DNA of 64,000 nucleotides, taken from NCBI GenBank assembly GCA_002293725.1, contig DBDU01000021.1, positions 3,369 to 67,368 of the forward strand, in the 5' to 3' direction. The translations under genes were made by a program, and so were the position numbers. The notes under the pieces are model-generated. The model saw only the letters and a list, made by a program, of their open reading frames with translations, was not told where the DNA came from and did no database searches. Below, piece after piece: positions 37,280 to 49,279 of this stretch. Numbering within the stretch: position 1 is the stretch's first letter; every line of letters starts with the position of its first letter. The DNA is from Patescibacteria group bacterium UBA924 (GTDB lineage Bacteria > Patescibacteriota > Microgenomatia > UBA1400 > PJMF01).

Positions 37280-38248
37280 ATGGCTGCGAGCGGACCACAC
37301 ATCTCAATTTCTGCTGAACAATTATTTTCGGTTGGCGGACTTAATGTCACCAACTCAATGCTCACGAGCGTGATTGTCAGTGGCTTATTAATTGCATTTG
37401 CCCTGTGGGTGCGAATGTCACTGAAGCAAACGAATCGCCCAACAGGTGTTCAGAATGTCGCAGAATGGATTGTTGAGGGACTGACTAGCCTCGTTCACTC
37501 AGTAACGAACAATAAACAACGTACTGATCTTTTCTTCCCCGTAATTGCAACTTTCTTCTTATTCATCATTGCCAATAACTGGTTTGGATTATTACCAGGT
37601 GTGGGAACGATCATGGTTCATGGCCAAGGCGCGGCTGCCAACGAAGTCGTTCTTGCTCCATCAGGAGTAACTATTAAACACGCAGCTATGAAAGTTCAAG
37701 CTGCCGAACCAGTTTTGACCACACAAGAGCTTGATGAGCACGAGAGTGTAGCAGTAGAAAACGAAGATGGTGCCGTTCTTTATCAAGTGGAAAGTGAAAC
37801 TGAGGCCGTTGCTGATGCTCACGTTGAAGTTGGGGAAACTGAACATGCAGAGCTCGTTCCACTCTTCCGAGCAGGCACGGCAGACTTGAACATGACAATT
37901 GCACTGGGTTTGCTTTCCGTAGGCCTCGTTCAATACTACGGTCTTAAGTATCTCAAACTTGGTTACTTGAAGAAGTATATTAACTTCTCAAGTCCAATTT
38001 ATTTTGCAGTAGGTATTCTTGAAATCATCTTAGAAGCAGCTAAAGTAGTTTCCTTTGCTTTCCGTCTATTCGGAAACATCTTTGCTGGAGAAGTGCTACT
38101 GGCTGTTATTAGTTACATCGCAGCATTACTCGCTCCAATGCCATTCTATGGATTAGAGCTTTTCGTTGGCTTTATTCAAGCGTTAGTGTTCTCAATGTTG
38201 TCAGTTGTATTTTTTAACATGGCAACAATTAGTCATGATGAACACTAA
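37280..38248 (+). CDS. atpB: ATP synthase subunit a
   Basis: NWFGLLPG, TADLN, FRLFGNIFAGE, IQALVF. Start moved to ATG 37280. Confidence 0.95.
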   Translation: MAASGPHISISAEQLFSVGGLNVTNSMLTSVIVSGLLIAFALWVRMSLKQTNRPTGVQNVAEWIVEGLTSLVHSVTNNKQRTDLFFPVIATFFLFIIANNWFGLLPGVGTIMVHGQGAAANEVVLAPSGVTIKHAAMKVQAAEPVLTTQELDEHESVAVENEDGAVLYQVESETEAVADAHVEVGETEHAELVPLFRAGTADLNMTIALGLLSVGLVQYYGLKYLKLGYLKKYINFSSPIYFAVGILEIILEAAKVVSFAFRLFGNIFAGEVLLAVISYIAALLAPMPFYGLELFVGFIQALVFSMLSVVFFNMATISHDEH

Positions 38249-38272
38249 AAAAATATAAGTAATGGAGGATTT

Positions 38273-38491
38273 ATGGGCACAGAATTTGCCGTCGCACTTG
38301 TAATGGGAGTAGGTACCATTGCACCAGGTATTGCTATTGGAATGATGGTTGCAAAAGGACTGGAAGCTATTGGTCGTAATCCAGATGCTGCAAGTAAAAT
38401 TCAGACAAACATGATCTTGGGTGTCGCTTTCGCTGAAGCTATTGCTATTTATGCTTTAGTGGTCGCATTGATTCTCAAGTTCGTAGCGTAA
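38273..38491 (+). CDS. atpE: ATP synthase subunit c (H+-type)
   Basis: GRNP loop; FAEAIAIY; lacks the Na+ Q/ES(T) signature. Confidence 0.96.
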   Translation: MGTEFAVALVMGVGTIAPGIAIGMMVAKGLEAIGRNPDAASKIQTNMILGVAFAEAIAIYALVVALILKFVA

Positions 38492-38535
38492 TCGAAATAG
38501 AAAGGTGTTAGAGGAGTTCTTCTAACAGAGGGCTT

Positions 38536-39021
38536 ATGGACATTGAGCTTCCACAAATTTTGTTTCAAATCGTCAACTTTGGCGTTGTGGTTGGTGCGTT
38601 AAGCTTCTTGCTTTACAAACCAGTCAAGAAAATGCTTGAGGAACGGAGTAATCGTATTGAAGAAGCTCAAAAAGCAGCCGAGTCTACGCTGCTAGAGAAG
38701 AAGAGCCTCGACGAAACGAAGAAAAGATTGCTCTCAGAAGCAGAAAAAGACGCCCAGGCTATCGTCGATGAAGCAAAAAAAGATGCTAAACGCATTGAAA
38801 AAGACATCATCGCACAAGCCAAGCAAGTCGCCGCTGAAGAGATTGAAAAAGAAAAGAAACAGTTAGCTGACGAGTACAAAACTACCGTCAAACAACTTCG
38901 TCAAGCATTCGTGACCGAGGTTGCAGCAATGACTGAGAAAGTCTTAGGCGAAGCTGTTGATGAAAAAGTAATTGCAAAGAAACTGGATAAGGACATCGAC
39001 GCCGTCATCGCTAAGATCTAA
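38536..39021 (+). CDS. atpF: ATP synthase subunit b
   Basis: QIVNF..L...LYKPV..ML.ER followed by a coiled coil. Confidence 0.93.
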   Translation: MDIELPQILFQIVNFGVVVGALSFLLYKPVKKMLEERSNRIEEAQKAAESTLLEKKSLDETKKRLLSEAEKDAQAIVDEAKKDAKRIEKDIIAQAKQVAAEEIEKEKKQLADEYKTTVKQLRQAFVTEVAAMTEKVLGEAVDEKVIAKKLDKDIDAVIAKI

Positions 39022-39025
39022 ACGT

Positions 39026-39253
39026 ATGTCAAAAGTCACTATTACTACTGCGGTAAAGTTAAGTACAGCTCAGTTGAAGAAGTTAAGTACAGCCATCGAA
39101 GAAAAGTATGGCAAGTCAGACATTCAGACTGTAGTTGATACAAACATCTTAGGTGGCGTTATCGTCACTGTGGGGTCACATCAGTTTGATAACTCATATC
39201 GCAGCCGAGTAGAGGCAATCAAGCAACAGGTTAGTACAGCACTGGCAGAGTAA
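39026..39253 (+). CDS. atpH: ATP synthase subunit delta, C-terminal domain only
   Basis: VTITTAVKL...VDTNILGGVIVTVG...D.S; 75 aa. Confidence 0.85.
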   Translation: MSKVTITTAVKLSTAQLKKLSTAIEEKYGKSDIQTVVDTNILGGVIVTVGSHQFDNSYRSRVEAIKQQVSTALAE

Positions 39254-39257
39254 CTTC

Positions 39258-40774
39258 ATGAAAAAAAACGCATCTACCTTCAACATTTCTGAGCTGTTGG
39301 AAAAAGCCTCCACAGCAGTGAGCGAAACTGAGATCGGTCACATTACCTCTTTTGGTGATGGAGTCATTCAGGCTGACGGCCTCGACAATGTTCGGATGGG
39401 AGAGCTAATTGACTTGGGAGAAGGTGAGCTTGGTTTAACCTTAAACCTTAATCCTGACAAAGTTGGTATCGTGGCCCTAACTCGTGCTGCTCATTTAAAA
39501 CCAGGAAGTGTCGTTCGAAGTACCGGTCGGATTCTGTCCATTAATGTTTCCGACGATATTATTGGTCGCGTGGTTGACCCTACTGGCCAGGCAATTGATG
39601 GCGGACCAGCTATTCCACAAGGAAAGATGATGTTATTGGAGCGGATCGCTCCTGGTGTTATGAGTCGCCAGTCCGTTTCTGTTCCACTTCAGACAGGAAT
39701 TAAGGCTATCGACGCAATGATTCCAATCGGTCGTGGACAACGTGAGTTAATTATTGGTGACCGTGGAACTGGTAAGTCGGCTATTGCTATCGGCACCATC
39801 TTGAATCAAGCCGACCAAAATGTGATCTGTATTTACGTCGGTATTGGTCAAAAACAATCTACTTTAGCCCAAACAAAACAAATTCTCGAAGAGCGTGGGG
39901 CAATGTCGTACACCACCATTGTCAACGCCTCGGCTTCTGATCCAGCATCGATGCAGTTTCTAGCTCCATATGCAGGTATTGCTATTGCTGAGTACTTCTT
40001 AGACCAAGGCAAAGACGTCTTAATTATCTACGATGACTTAACCAAACACGCCCAAGCATACCGTGAGATCTCACTCTTGCTTCGTCGTCCTTCCGGCCGT
40101 GAAGCTTATCCCGGTGACGTCTTCTACTTACACTCTCGTTTACTCGAGCGCGCAGCTCGTTTAAATAAGAACTACGGGGGTGGTTCAATTACAGCATTAC
40201 CAGTTATCGAAACCCAAGGAAACGACGTTTCCGCTTTCGTGCCAACCAATGTTATTTCTATTACCGATGGTCAGATCTACTTAGAAACTGACTTGTTTAA
40301 CGCCGGTATGAAGCCAGCTATTAACGTCGGTTTGTCTGTCTCACGTGTCGGTTCTGCAGCACAGATCAAAGCGATGAAACAAGTAGCTGGAACTATGAAG
40401 TTGGACTTAGCTCAGTTCCGAGAACTGCAAGCATTTGCCCAGTTTAGCTCTGACCTCGATGATCGGACTAAAGCCCAACTTGACCGAGGAACTCGCGTCA
40501 ATGCTGTGCTCAAACAAGGTTGGGACACTCCGCTAAAGGTAGAAGAGCAAGTTGTCGTTATCTACGCTGCTGTAAACGGATATCTTGATCCAGTACAAGA
40601 GAAGTTCTTAGGAGACTGGGAGCGAGAGTATCTTGAGTATATTAAAGATCAAGCTTCCGAAATTTTGACCAGCATTCGCGCTGAACAGAAGATCACCGAC
40701 GACACGATTGAGAAATTAAAACAAGCAATTGAAGCATTTAATCGTCGACACTCTGAGTGGATGTTGGAGGCGTA

Positions 40775-40775
<1 letters not shown>
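39258..40775 (+). CDS. atpA: ATP synthase subunit alpha
   Basis: GRGQRELIIGDRGTGKS, REAYPGDVFYLHSRLLER. Confidence 0.98.
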
Positions 40776-43046
<2,271 letters not shown>

Positions 43047-43082
43047 ACGTCTGTTTACTCGACTAGAGTTTGAACCTAGTAT

Positions 43083-43511
43083 ATGGAAAAAGAAGTACTC
43101 AACATCACCATCATCAGTCAAGAGCGTCAACTAGACACTGTTCAAGCTGATCAGATCACTGCTCCAACTACAGAAGGAGAGATCACCGTTCTACCTGGAC
43201 ACATTCCACTTTTCTCTCGTCTGCAAGCAGGTGAGTTGCGCTACAAAAGTGGAAGCGAAGAAACCTCTTTTGCCATTTCTAAAGGCTTCATTGACGTCGG
43301 ACCTGATAATCAGGTCACGGTCTTAGTAGACAGTGCGGTGGCCGCGCGTGAGATCAGTATGGAAAAAGCTGAGGCTGCTATGCGCGCCGCTCAGGAGACC
43401 ATGGCCCAAAGCCAGGATCAACGCGAGTTAATGATGGCCGAAGCCTCACTCAAAGCGGCATTACTGGAAATTAAGATCGCTCAGAAGACGCGCCAAGCGT
43501 CCCGAATGTAA
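43083..43511 (+). CDS. atpC: ATP synthase subunit epsilon
   Basis: GEITVLPGHIP, GFIDV, C-terminal helices. Confidence 0.93.
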   Translation: MEKEVLNITIISQERQLDTVQADQITAPTTEGEITVLPGHIPLFSRLQAGELRYKSGSEETSFAISKGFIDVGPDNQVTVLVDSAVAAREISMEKAEAAMRAAQETMAQSQDQRELMMAEASLKAALLEIKIAQKTRQASRM

Positions 43512-43536
43512 GACCTCGATACACCTTCAATACGCT

Positions 43537-43652
43537 TTGACTCCCAGACTAAGAATGCTAAACTCCAGTGATTGCTACAGAAGGTGTCAACAATTGAAAA
43601 TAATACTTTAAGGCTGTAGCATACAAAACAAGCCGAACGTTGGCTTTTTTTA
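43537..43652 (+). promoter_or_regulatory. greA promoter and leader with terminator-like attenuator
   Basis: TTGACT-16-(TGn)TAAACT; stem TGCTACAG/CTGTAGCA; AAGCCGA-ACG-TTGGCTT followed by a T-run before the RBS. Confidence 0.6.
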
Positions 43653-43673
43653 TTAGCAACGTAGAGGACATAT

Positions 43674-44159
43674 ATGACAACGAAAACTGCTCCTAAAACT
43701 CAGTTAACCCAAGAAGGGTATGATGAGATCGTTCGCGAGCTCAAAGAGTTAGAAGAGGTTAAGCTTCCAGAGGTGGTAAAGAGAGTAGAGACCGCCCGAG
43801 GCTACGGTGACTTAAGTGAAAACGCCGAGTACCATAGTGCCAAAGAAGACCAAGAACTAACCGAGACTCGTATCTCTGAGCTACAGGCTATCCTGCAAAA
43901 TGCAGTCATCGTCAGCTCATCAAACAAAACCGCTACGATTGGCATTGGCTGTACCGTTACTGTCAGTATTAAACGCGGGAAAGCCGTCAAGAAACAAACC
44001 TTTATTATTGTCGGTGAGTTCGAAGCAGATCCAAATGCTGGCAAGATCTCCAGTGCTTCACCCATCGGCATTGCTTTAACTGGCAAGAAAAAAGGTGATA
44101 GTGTTAAAGTCGAGACACCCGCTGGCGTCGTCGAGTACACTATCGTTGACGTAAAGTAA
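43674..44159 (+). CDS. greA: Transcription elongation factor GreA
   Basis: GDLSENAEY, ISSASPIG.AL.GK. Confidence 0.96.
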   Translation: MTTKTAPKTQLTQEGYDEIVRELKELEEVKLPEVVKRVETARGYGDLSENAEYHSAKEDQELTETRISELQAILQNAVIVSSSNKTATIGIGCTVTVSIKRGKAVKKQTFIIVGEFEADPNAGKISSASPIGIALTGKKKGDSVKVETPAGVVEYTIVDVK

Positions 44160-44173
44160 CTTTATCTTGAAAT

Positions 44174-44209
44174 AAAAAAGCTGTAGGCTTTATCTCCTAC
44201 AGCTTTTTT
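44174..44209. terminator. Bidirectional intrinsic terminator
   Basis: AAAAAAGCTGTAGG-CTTTATCT-CCTACAGCTTTTTT. Confidence 0.85.
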
Positions 44210-44214
44210 GGATT

Positions 44215-44252
44215 AAAAAGCCGCCTGTGTAAACAAGCGGCTTTCTCTTTTT
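44215..44252. terminator. Second tandem terminator (lysS side)
   Basis: AAAAAGCCGCCTGT...ACAAGCGGCTTTCTCTTTTT. Confidence 0.7.
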
Positions 44253-44266
44253 CACTCGAAAACTAC

Positions 44267-45754
44267 TTACTCAGCAGCAGCTTCACGATCTTCGGCTTCT
44301 GCATCTAACTCAGCTGCATTAACAACTGGCTTCATGGTTGGGAAGGCAATCTCGTCCGTAATAGAGTCAAGATCTAAGATAATCATCTTCATTCTATTCA
44401 TTCCCAAACCTAATCCACCTGCTGGAGGCATACCGTAACGCATTGACTCCAAAAAGGTCTCATCGATAGGATGAGCTTCCTCATCATCTTTACGCTCTGC
44501 CAACCAGAACTGCTCTTGAAGGACTGGGTCGTTCAACTCTGTATATGCATTACCAATCTCAATGCCGCAAATATAAGGCTCAAACCGCTCGATTAATGAT
44601 GGATCATCTCGATGTGGTTTACAGAGGGAAGTAGTCTCTTTGGGCATGTCTGTAACAAAAGTAGGCTGGACCAAATACTGCTCTACTGCACCAAAGAGCT
44701 TGGCAATCCCGAGACCTCTAATCCACTCACCTTTGTACTCTTCACCGTGTTCGACAATCGCAGCTTGAATCTCAGCATCAGACATCTGATCTACATCAAG
44801 ACCTAAGTACTCCAAGATTCCTTGCTTCATTGGTAAACGGCGCCAAGGTTGACTGAAATCAATGACGTGGCCGCGGAAAGTACACTCGGCTTTCCCATGG
44901 ATTTTGACACAAGCGTTGCGATAGATAACCTCGGTTAACGCCATCATATCGGTGTAGTCCCAAAAAGCACTGTAACACTCCATCATCGTGAACTCAGGGT
45001 TATGGGTCTTGTCTACGCCTTCGTTACGGAAGTTCTTGGCAATTTCATAGACTCGCTCGGTACCTCCCATTAAGAAGTACTTCAAATAAAGTTCTGGAGA
45101 GATACGCAAGTAGAGAGGGATGCCCCAAGCATTAATATAGGTGGTAAAAGGTCTTGCATTTGCACCACCGTACTGAGGCTGCATGACAGGTGTCTCTACT
45201 TCGTAGAAGCCGTAATCTTCTAATGTGTGTCTGACAGATGTTTGGATTAAAGAAGCTTTCTCAAAATTTGATCTGACTTCTGGGTTTGCCAACATGTCGA
45301 CGCTGCGTAAACGCAGACGAGTTTCTTTATTGGTCAGCTTGCGAGGAATCTCTTTGAGGGCTTTAGAGAGCATCTCAAAGTTCTTTGCTAAGACACTTTG
45401 CTCGCCACGTTGGGTTACATAACGAGTTCCATTTACACGAATAAAGTCACCTTTGCCGAAGTAGTTAATGAAATCTGGGTTCTCTGTTTCATCTACTTTA
45501 ATTACCACTTGTGCACGACCGGTTTGATCATGAACATCGATAAAAAAGATCTTGCCGTGACCACGAAGCGACATGATGCGGCCGGCAATCTGCACTTCTG
45601 ACCCTTCTGGCAGGGCAAGTGCTTCAGCATTGGTATGCGTTTTATGGCCATCTTGTGGATAGACGTTTACACCTTCATCAATTAACTTTTGGCGGACATT
45701 TTTACGATGCTCAAACTGATTCCCAGTGGGCTGTTCTTTTACATTACGTGCCAT
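44267..45754 (-). CDS. lysS: Lysine-tRNA ligase, class II
   Basis: OB domain AGRIMSLRGHGK; GGANARPF; LRISPELYLK; FRNEG...HNPEF; NAYTELNDP; YGMPP. Confidence 0.93.
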   Translation of the reverse strand: MARNVKEQPTGNQFEHRKNVRQKLIDEGVNVYPQDGHKTHTNAEALALPEGSEVQIAGRIMSLRGHGKIFFIDVHDQTGRAQVVIKVDETENPDFINYFGKGDFIRVNGTRYVTQRGEQSVLAKNFEMLSKALKEIPRKLTNKETRLRLRSVDMLANPEVRSNFEKASLIQTSVRHTLEDYGFYEVETPVMQPQYGGANARPFTTYINAWGIPLYLRISPELYLKYFLMGGTERVYEIAKNFRNEGVDKTHNPEFTMMECYSAFWDYTDMMALTEVIYRNACVKIHGKAECTFRGHVIDFSQPWRRLPMKQGILEYLGLDVDQMSDAEIQAAIVEHGEEYKGEWIRGLGIAKLFGAVEQYLVQPTFVTDMPKETTSLCKPHRDDPSLIERFEPYICGIEIGNAYTELNDPVLQEQFWLAERKDDEEAHPIDETFLESMRYGMPPAGGLGLGMNRMKMIILDLDSITDEIAFPTMKPVVNAAELDAEAEDREAAAE

Positions 45755-45758
45755 AGCT

Positions 45759-47201
45759 CTATTCCTTTACTACCTTAATTGTTTGTACTGATTCATCAAC
45801 CATCACTACCGTTAAAAGCTCCTTTGTCTTCTTGAGCTCTTTAAGATAGTTAATGTGCGCTGGTTGAATGACTTCACCTTTGACACAAAGGGGAATACCT
45901 GGCGGATACGGAACGACGTCTTCGGCAGCTACTCGGCCTTCGGCCTCTTGGATTGTAACAGATTCTTTCTCGGCTAACTTTGCCTGGAAAGAGTTCATCT
46001 TTTTCTTAATTAAATTTGGAAACTTAGGAAAGTGATTTGTCTGAGGCTTCATCTTCTTTATTTCTGTTTCAATTGCCGCCACTGTCTTTTCGACGTCTGC
46101 TTTGGTGTTCTGGAAAGTAACGATGAAAAGAACGTTATTGGCTTCGTACTTCTCAACAATAATTTGATACTTCTCTTCGAGTCTCTTGGCCAGTTCCATT
46201 CCTGAGAATCCTTCTAGGTGAACTAGCACCTTGGTAGCGTCAGAGTGGGCACAGTAGTTTTGGCGAAGATCTTCGCAATCGATAGCGGTTACTTTTTCTT
46301 TTAGCTTGGCAGAGGTATTAACCCGATCACGAAACGTCTCCGCGAGCTTTACTAATCTACTAATCGCCTCTTCACCCTCATGTTCCATAAAGTAGCGTGA
46401 GCCATCCAACGACGCCAACATATGGAAAGAGGGGCTAGTGGTCATTAAACTCTTGTATGAGTCTTTCAACCAAGTGACATCAATTCGTCCATCATTCCAG
46501 TGAATCATTGAAGTCTGCTGTAAACCGCTGCCTTGCTTATGGATGCTTTGAACACAGATATCAGCACCAGCCTTCATGGCACAAAGCGGCATTTCTTTAG
46601 AGAATGGAAAGTGAGCTCCCCAAGCTTCATCGATAAAAATAATAATATTCTTATCAAAAGCGCGAACAGTTTTGACCAATTTTTTCAGGTCAGTAGAGAG
46701 TCCTTCGTAGGTGGGGTTAGTGACTAGTAGCACGTTTGCTCGACTTCGCTTAAGCCCCTCCAGGACTTCTTCAATCGTATTCGGAGCAAAGATCTGCAGC
46801 GAGTCCACGTAGTGCGGATCTAAGTACTCTGTTTCAATCTGATAATCTTCAACGGCAACGCTAATCGACTTGTGAATGTTGCGCTGAGCCAACATCTTCA
46901 TCTTGGGACCCAACTGATTTTTTAAAGCTCGCAGCACCATGAAGTTGCTCCCAGTCGAGCCATTAACTCCAAACAAGGTGTGATCGGCACCATAGGCTTT
47001 GGCTGCCAACTCGTTAGCTTTCTTGAAAATCCCCGTGTTCATCGAGGGATTACCTAAACTGTGGTAGGAAATGGAGATGTCGTTTTCGTAAATGCCACGC
47101 ACACGAGGGACACTAGGATGAATAGAGGGCGTACACCAACGGGTGATCGTGCTATCGATCCCATTATTGAATACCGAAAGAAGCGGTAAATCTGTATTCA
47201 T
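45759..47201 (-). CDS. PLP-dependent Orn/Lys/Arg decarboxylase (wingless)
   Basis: VNGST, RNIHKS, TNPTYEG, DEAWGAH, QSIHK (PLP lysine), TTSPS, PYPPGIP. Confidence 0.9.
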   Translation of the reverse strand: MNTDLPLLSVFNNGIDSTITRWCTPSIHPSVPRVRGIYENDISISYHSLGNPSMNTGIFKKANELAAKAYGADHTLFGVNGSTGSNFMVLRALKNQLGPKMKMLAQRNIHKSISVAVEDYQIETEYLDPHYVDSLQIFAPNTIEEVLEGLKRSRANVLLVTNPTYEGLSTDLKKLVKTVRAFDKNIIIFIDEAWGAHFPFSKEMPLCAMKAGADICVQSIHKQGSGLQQTSMIHWNDGRIDVTWLKDSYKSLMTTSPSFHMLASLDGSRYFMEHEGEEAISRLVKLAETFRDRVNTSAKLKEKVTAIDCEDLRQNYCAHSDATKVLVHLEGFSGMELAKRLEEKYQIIVEKYEANNVLFIVTFQNTKADVEKTVAAIETEIKKMKPQTNHFPKFPNLIKKKMNSFQAKLAEKESVTIQEAEGRVAAEDVVPYPPGIPLCVKGEVIQPAHINYLKELKKTKELLTVVMVDESVQTIKVVKE

Positions 47202-47319
47202 AATACGAAGAATACTATTATGCTCTCACAACTTTCGCTATATTAATACTACAGTAATTAGATGTATAGTATCAAACATACTCAGAAAATGTCTTTTTTA
47301 GCTATCGATCGGAGGCAAG

Positions 47320-47850
47320 ATGACCCCCACCAGAGCTGAAGCCACCTCACTCATGGAGAAGCATATTACAAATGAGGCCCTTCGTCACCATAGTCGAATG
47401 GTTGGTACTGCCCTCGAAGCCTATGCCAAAAAACTAGGTGAAGATTCTGAACTCTGGTACATCACTGGGGTGTTACACGATGTCGATTGGGAGGAGTATC
47501 CAGACGAACATCCCAACAAGGCAGTTCAAGAGTGGCTGAATGATTATCCAGATAAGGTCAAAGAAGCAATTAAAGCGCATGCCCCTGAACGAACGGGTAA
47601 ACAGGCCGAGACTCCACTCGAAAGATATCTCTTTGCTAGCGACGAGCTCGCCGGGCTGATGCATGCCATCTCATTAATGCGACCCAATGGTTTTGCCGAC
47701 ATGGAAGTGAAGTCAGTCAAAAAGAAACTCAAGGACAAGTCGTTCGCAGCGAACGTCAATCGGGACGATATTGCAAAAGGCGCCGAGTTGATCGGCACGC
47801 CCATTGAAGATCACATCGCTTTCTTGATTGAGACATTTCGGGCAATGTAA
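47320..47850 (+). CDS. HD/HDIG-domain phosphohydrolase
   Basis: LRHH...GVLHDVD...AH...DEL.G; VKKKLKDKSFAA. Confidence 0.88.
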   Translation: MTPTRAEATSLMEKHITNEALRHHSRMVGTALEAYAKKLGEDSELWYITGVLHDVDWEEYPDEHPNKAVQEWLNDYPDKVKEAIKAHAPERTGKQAETPLERYLFASDELAGLMHAISLMRPNGFADMEVKSVKKKLKDKSFAANVNRDDIAKGAELIGTPIEDHIAFLIETFRAM

Positions 47851-47898
47851 CTTTGAAACCCACAACCATCTCGACCTGCCTGGTATATAATGGCTGCT

Positions 47899-49173
47899 AT
47901 GCTAGATATCAACTATATCCGCGAGCACGCGGCCGACCTTAAAACAGCTATTGCCAACAAGCAGCTGAATTCATCTATTGTGGATCAGGTCCTCTCCGCC
48001 GACGAACAACGCCGTGGGTTAATTGTGCAAGTTGAGACAGTCCGCCAACAGATTAACGAGAACACCAATGCCATCAAAAACTCAGAAACAAAACGTCCCA
48101 CTGAAGAACAGCTCCAACGTGGCCGCGAGTTAAAAGCCACTCTTCAAGATATTGAACCTCAACTTAAACAAGTGGAGGAAACGCTCCAGGACTATATGTA
48201 CCAGGTGGCTAATCCTCCTGCTGCCGATGTTCCAATTGGCAAAGATGAGTCAGACAACGAAGTAGTCAAACAAGTCGGGGAACAGACGTCATTTTCGTTT
48301 CAGCCTCAAGATCACGAAGAGCTGATGTTGGCGAATGATCTGTTAGATATCAAGCGCGCTGTCAGGATCGCGGGCTTTCGTGCCTACTTCCTGAAAAATG
48401 AAGCAGTGATGCTAGAACAAGCGCTCCTTCAACACGCTTTTCAGTTTCTCGCTCGAGAAGGCTTTACACCCATGACGGTTCCTTGGATGGTCAATAAAGA
48501 AGCCCTTTGGGGCACTGGCTACTTCCCTTGGGGGATCGAAGACCACTACACTACCCAAGATAACCAAGGGTTAATTGGCACTGCTGAAGTTTCTTTAACT
48601 GCTTATCGTCAGGATGAAGTCTTAAACGAGAAGGACCTCCCTTACAAAATGGTTGGTATCTCACCATGTTTCCGTCGCGAAGTCGGTTCTCATGGGAAAG
48701 ATGTCCACGGCATTATTCGTGTTCATCAGTTCACTAAAGTTGAGCAAGTCGTCTACACCGTGGCTGACGAAGATGTTACCAGAGAGTGGCATCAAAAAAT
48801 GATAGGCTACGCTGAACAGTTACTCCAGGATCTAGAACTACCTTACCAAGTGTTGTTAATGTGTACTGGTGACATGGGAGCGGGCCAGCGGAAGAAGTAC
48901 GACATTGAAACCTGGTTCCCAGCCCAACAAAAGTATCGCGAGACTCACTCGGCAAGTTACTTTAATGACTTCCAGGCCAGGAGATTAAATATTAAGTATC
49001 GAGCCAAGGATGGCTCAATGAAGCACGTCTATACACTGAATAACACCATGGCTGCATCTCCGCGCTTACTGGCCGCAGTGATTGAAAACTACCAAAACGA
49101 AGACGGATCGATTCGAGTTCCTAAGCTCCTCCAAGAAGCCATGGGAATGAATGTTATCTCTCGAAAAGCATAG
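47899..49173 (+). CDS. serS: Serine-tRNA ligase
   Basis: MLDI start, GTAE, CFRREVG, RVHQF, LNNT. Confidence 0.96.
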   Translation: MLDINYIREHAADLKTAIANKQLNSSIVDQVLSADEQRRGLIVQVETVRQQINENTNAIKNSETKRPTEEQLQRGRELKATLQDIEPQLKQVEETLQDYMYQVANPPAADVPIGKDESDNEVVKQVGEQTSFSFQPQDHEELMLANDLLDIKRAVRIAGFRAYFLKNEAVMLEQALLQHAFQFLAREGFTPMTVPWMVNKEALWGTGYFPWGIEDHYTTQDNQGLIGTAEVSLTAYRQDEVLNEKDLPYKMVGISPCFRREVGSHGKDVHGIIRVHQFTKVEQVVYTVADEDVTREWHQKMIGYAEQLLQDLELPYQVLLMCTGDMGAGQRKKYDIETWFPAQQKYRETHSASYFNDFQARRLNIKYRAKDGSMKHVYTLNNTMAASPRLLAAVIENYQNEDGSIRVPKLLQEAMGMNVISRKA

Positions 49174-49279
49174 TCAAAAAAAGCAACTAGGGTAAAATCA
49201 AACTCGTTTTCTCTCTAATCTTGCTTTTCCGACCGCTTTATCAGAGAATGCCACTGATCTGCTAATATGAGGACTTCTT

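Noticed and set aside
44267-45754. EpmA/GenX (EF-P lysylation) identity for the LysRS-like gene
   Set aside because: It retains the N-terminal anticodon-binding OB domain that EpmA lacks.
47202-47319. Lysine riboswitch or T-box upstream of decarboxylase-lysS
   Set aside because: The spacer is only about 118 nt, AT-rich, shared with a divergent gene, and lacks the motifs.
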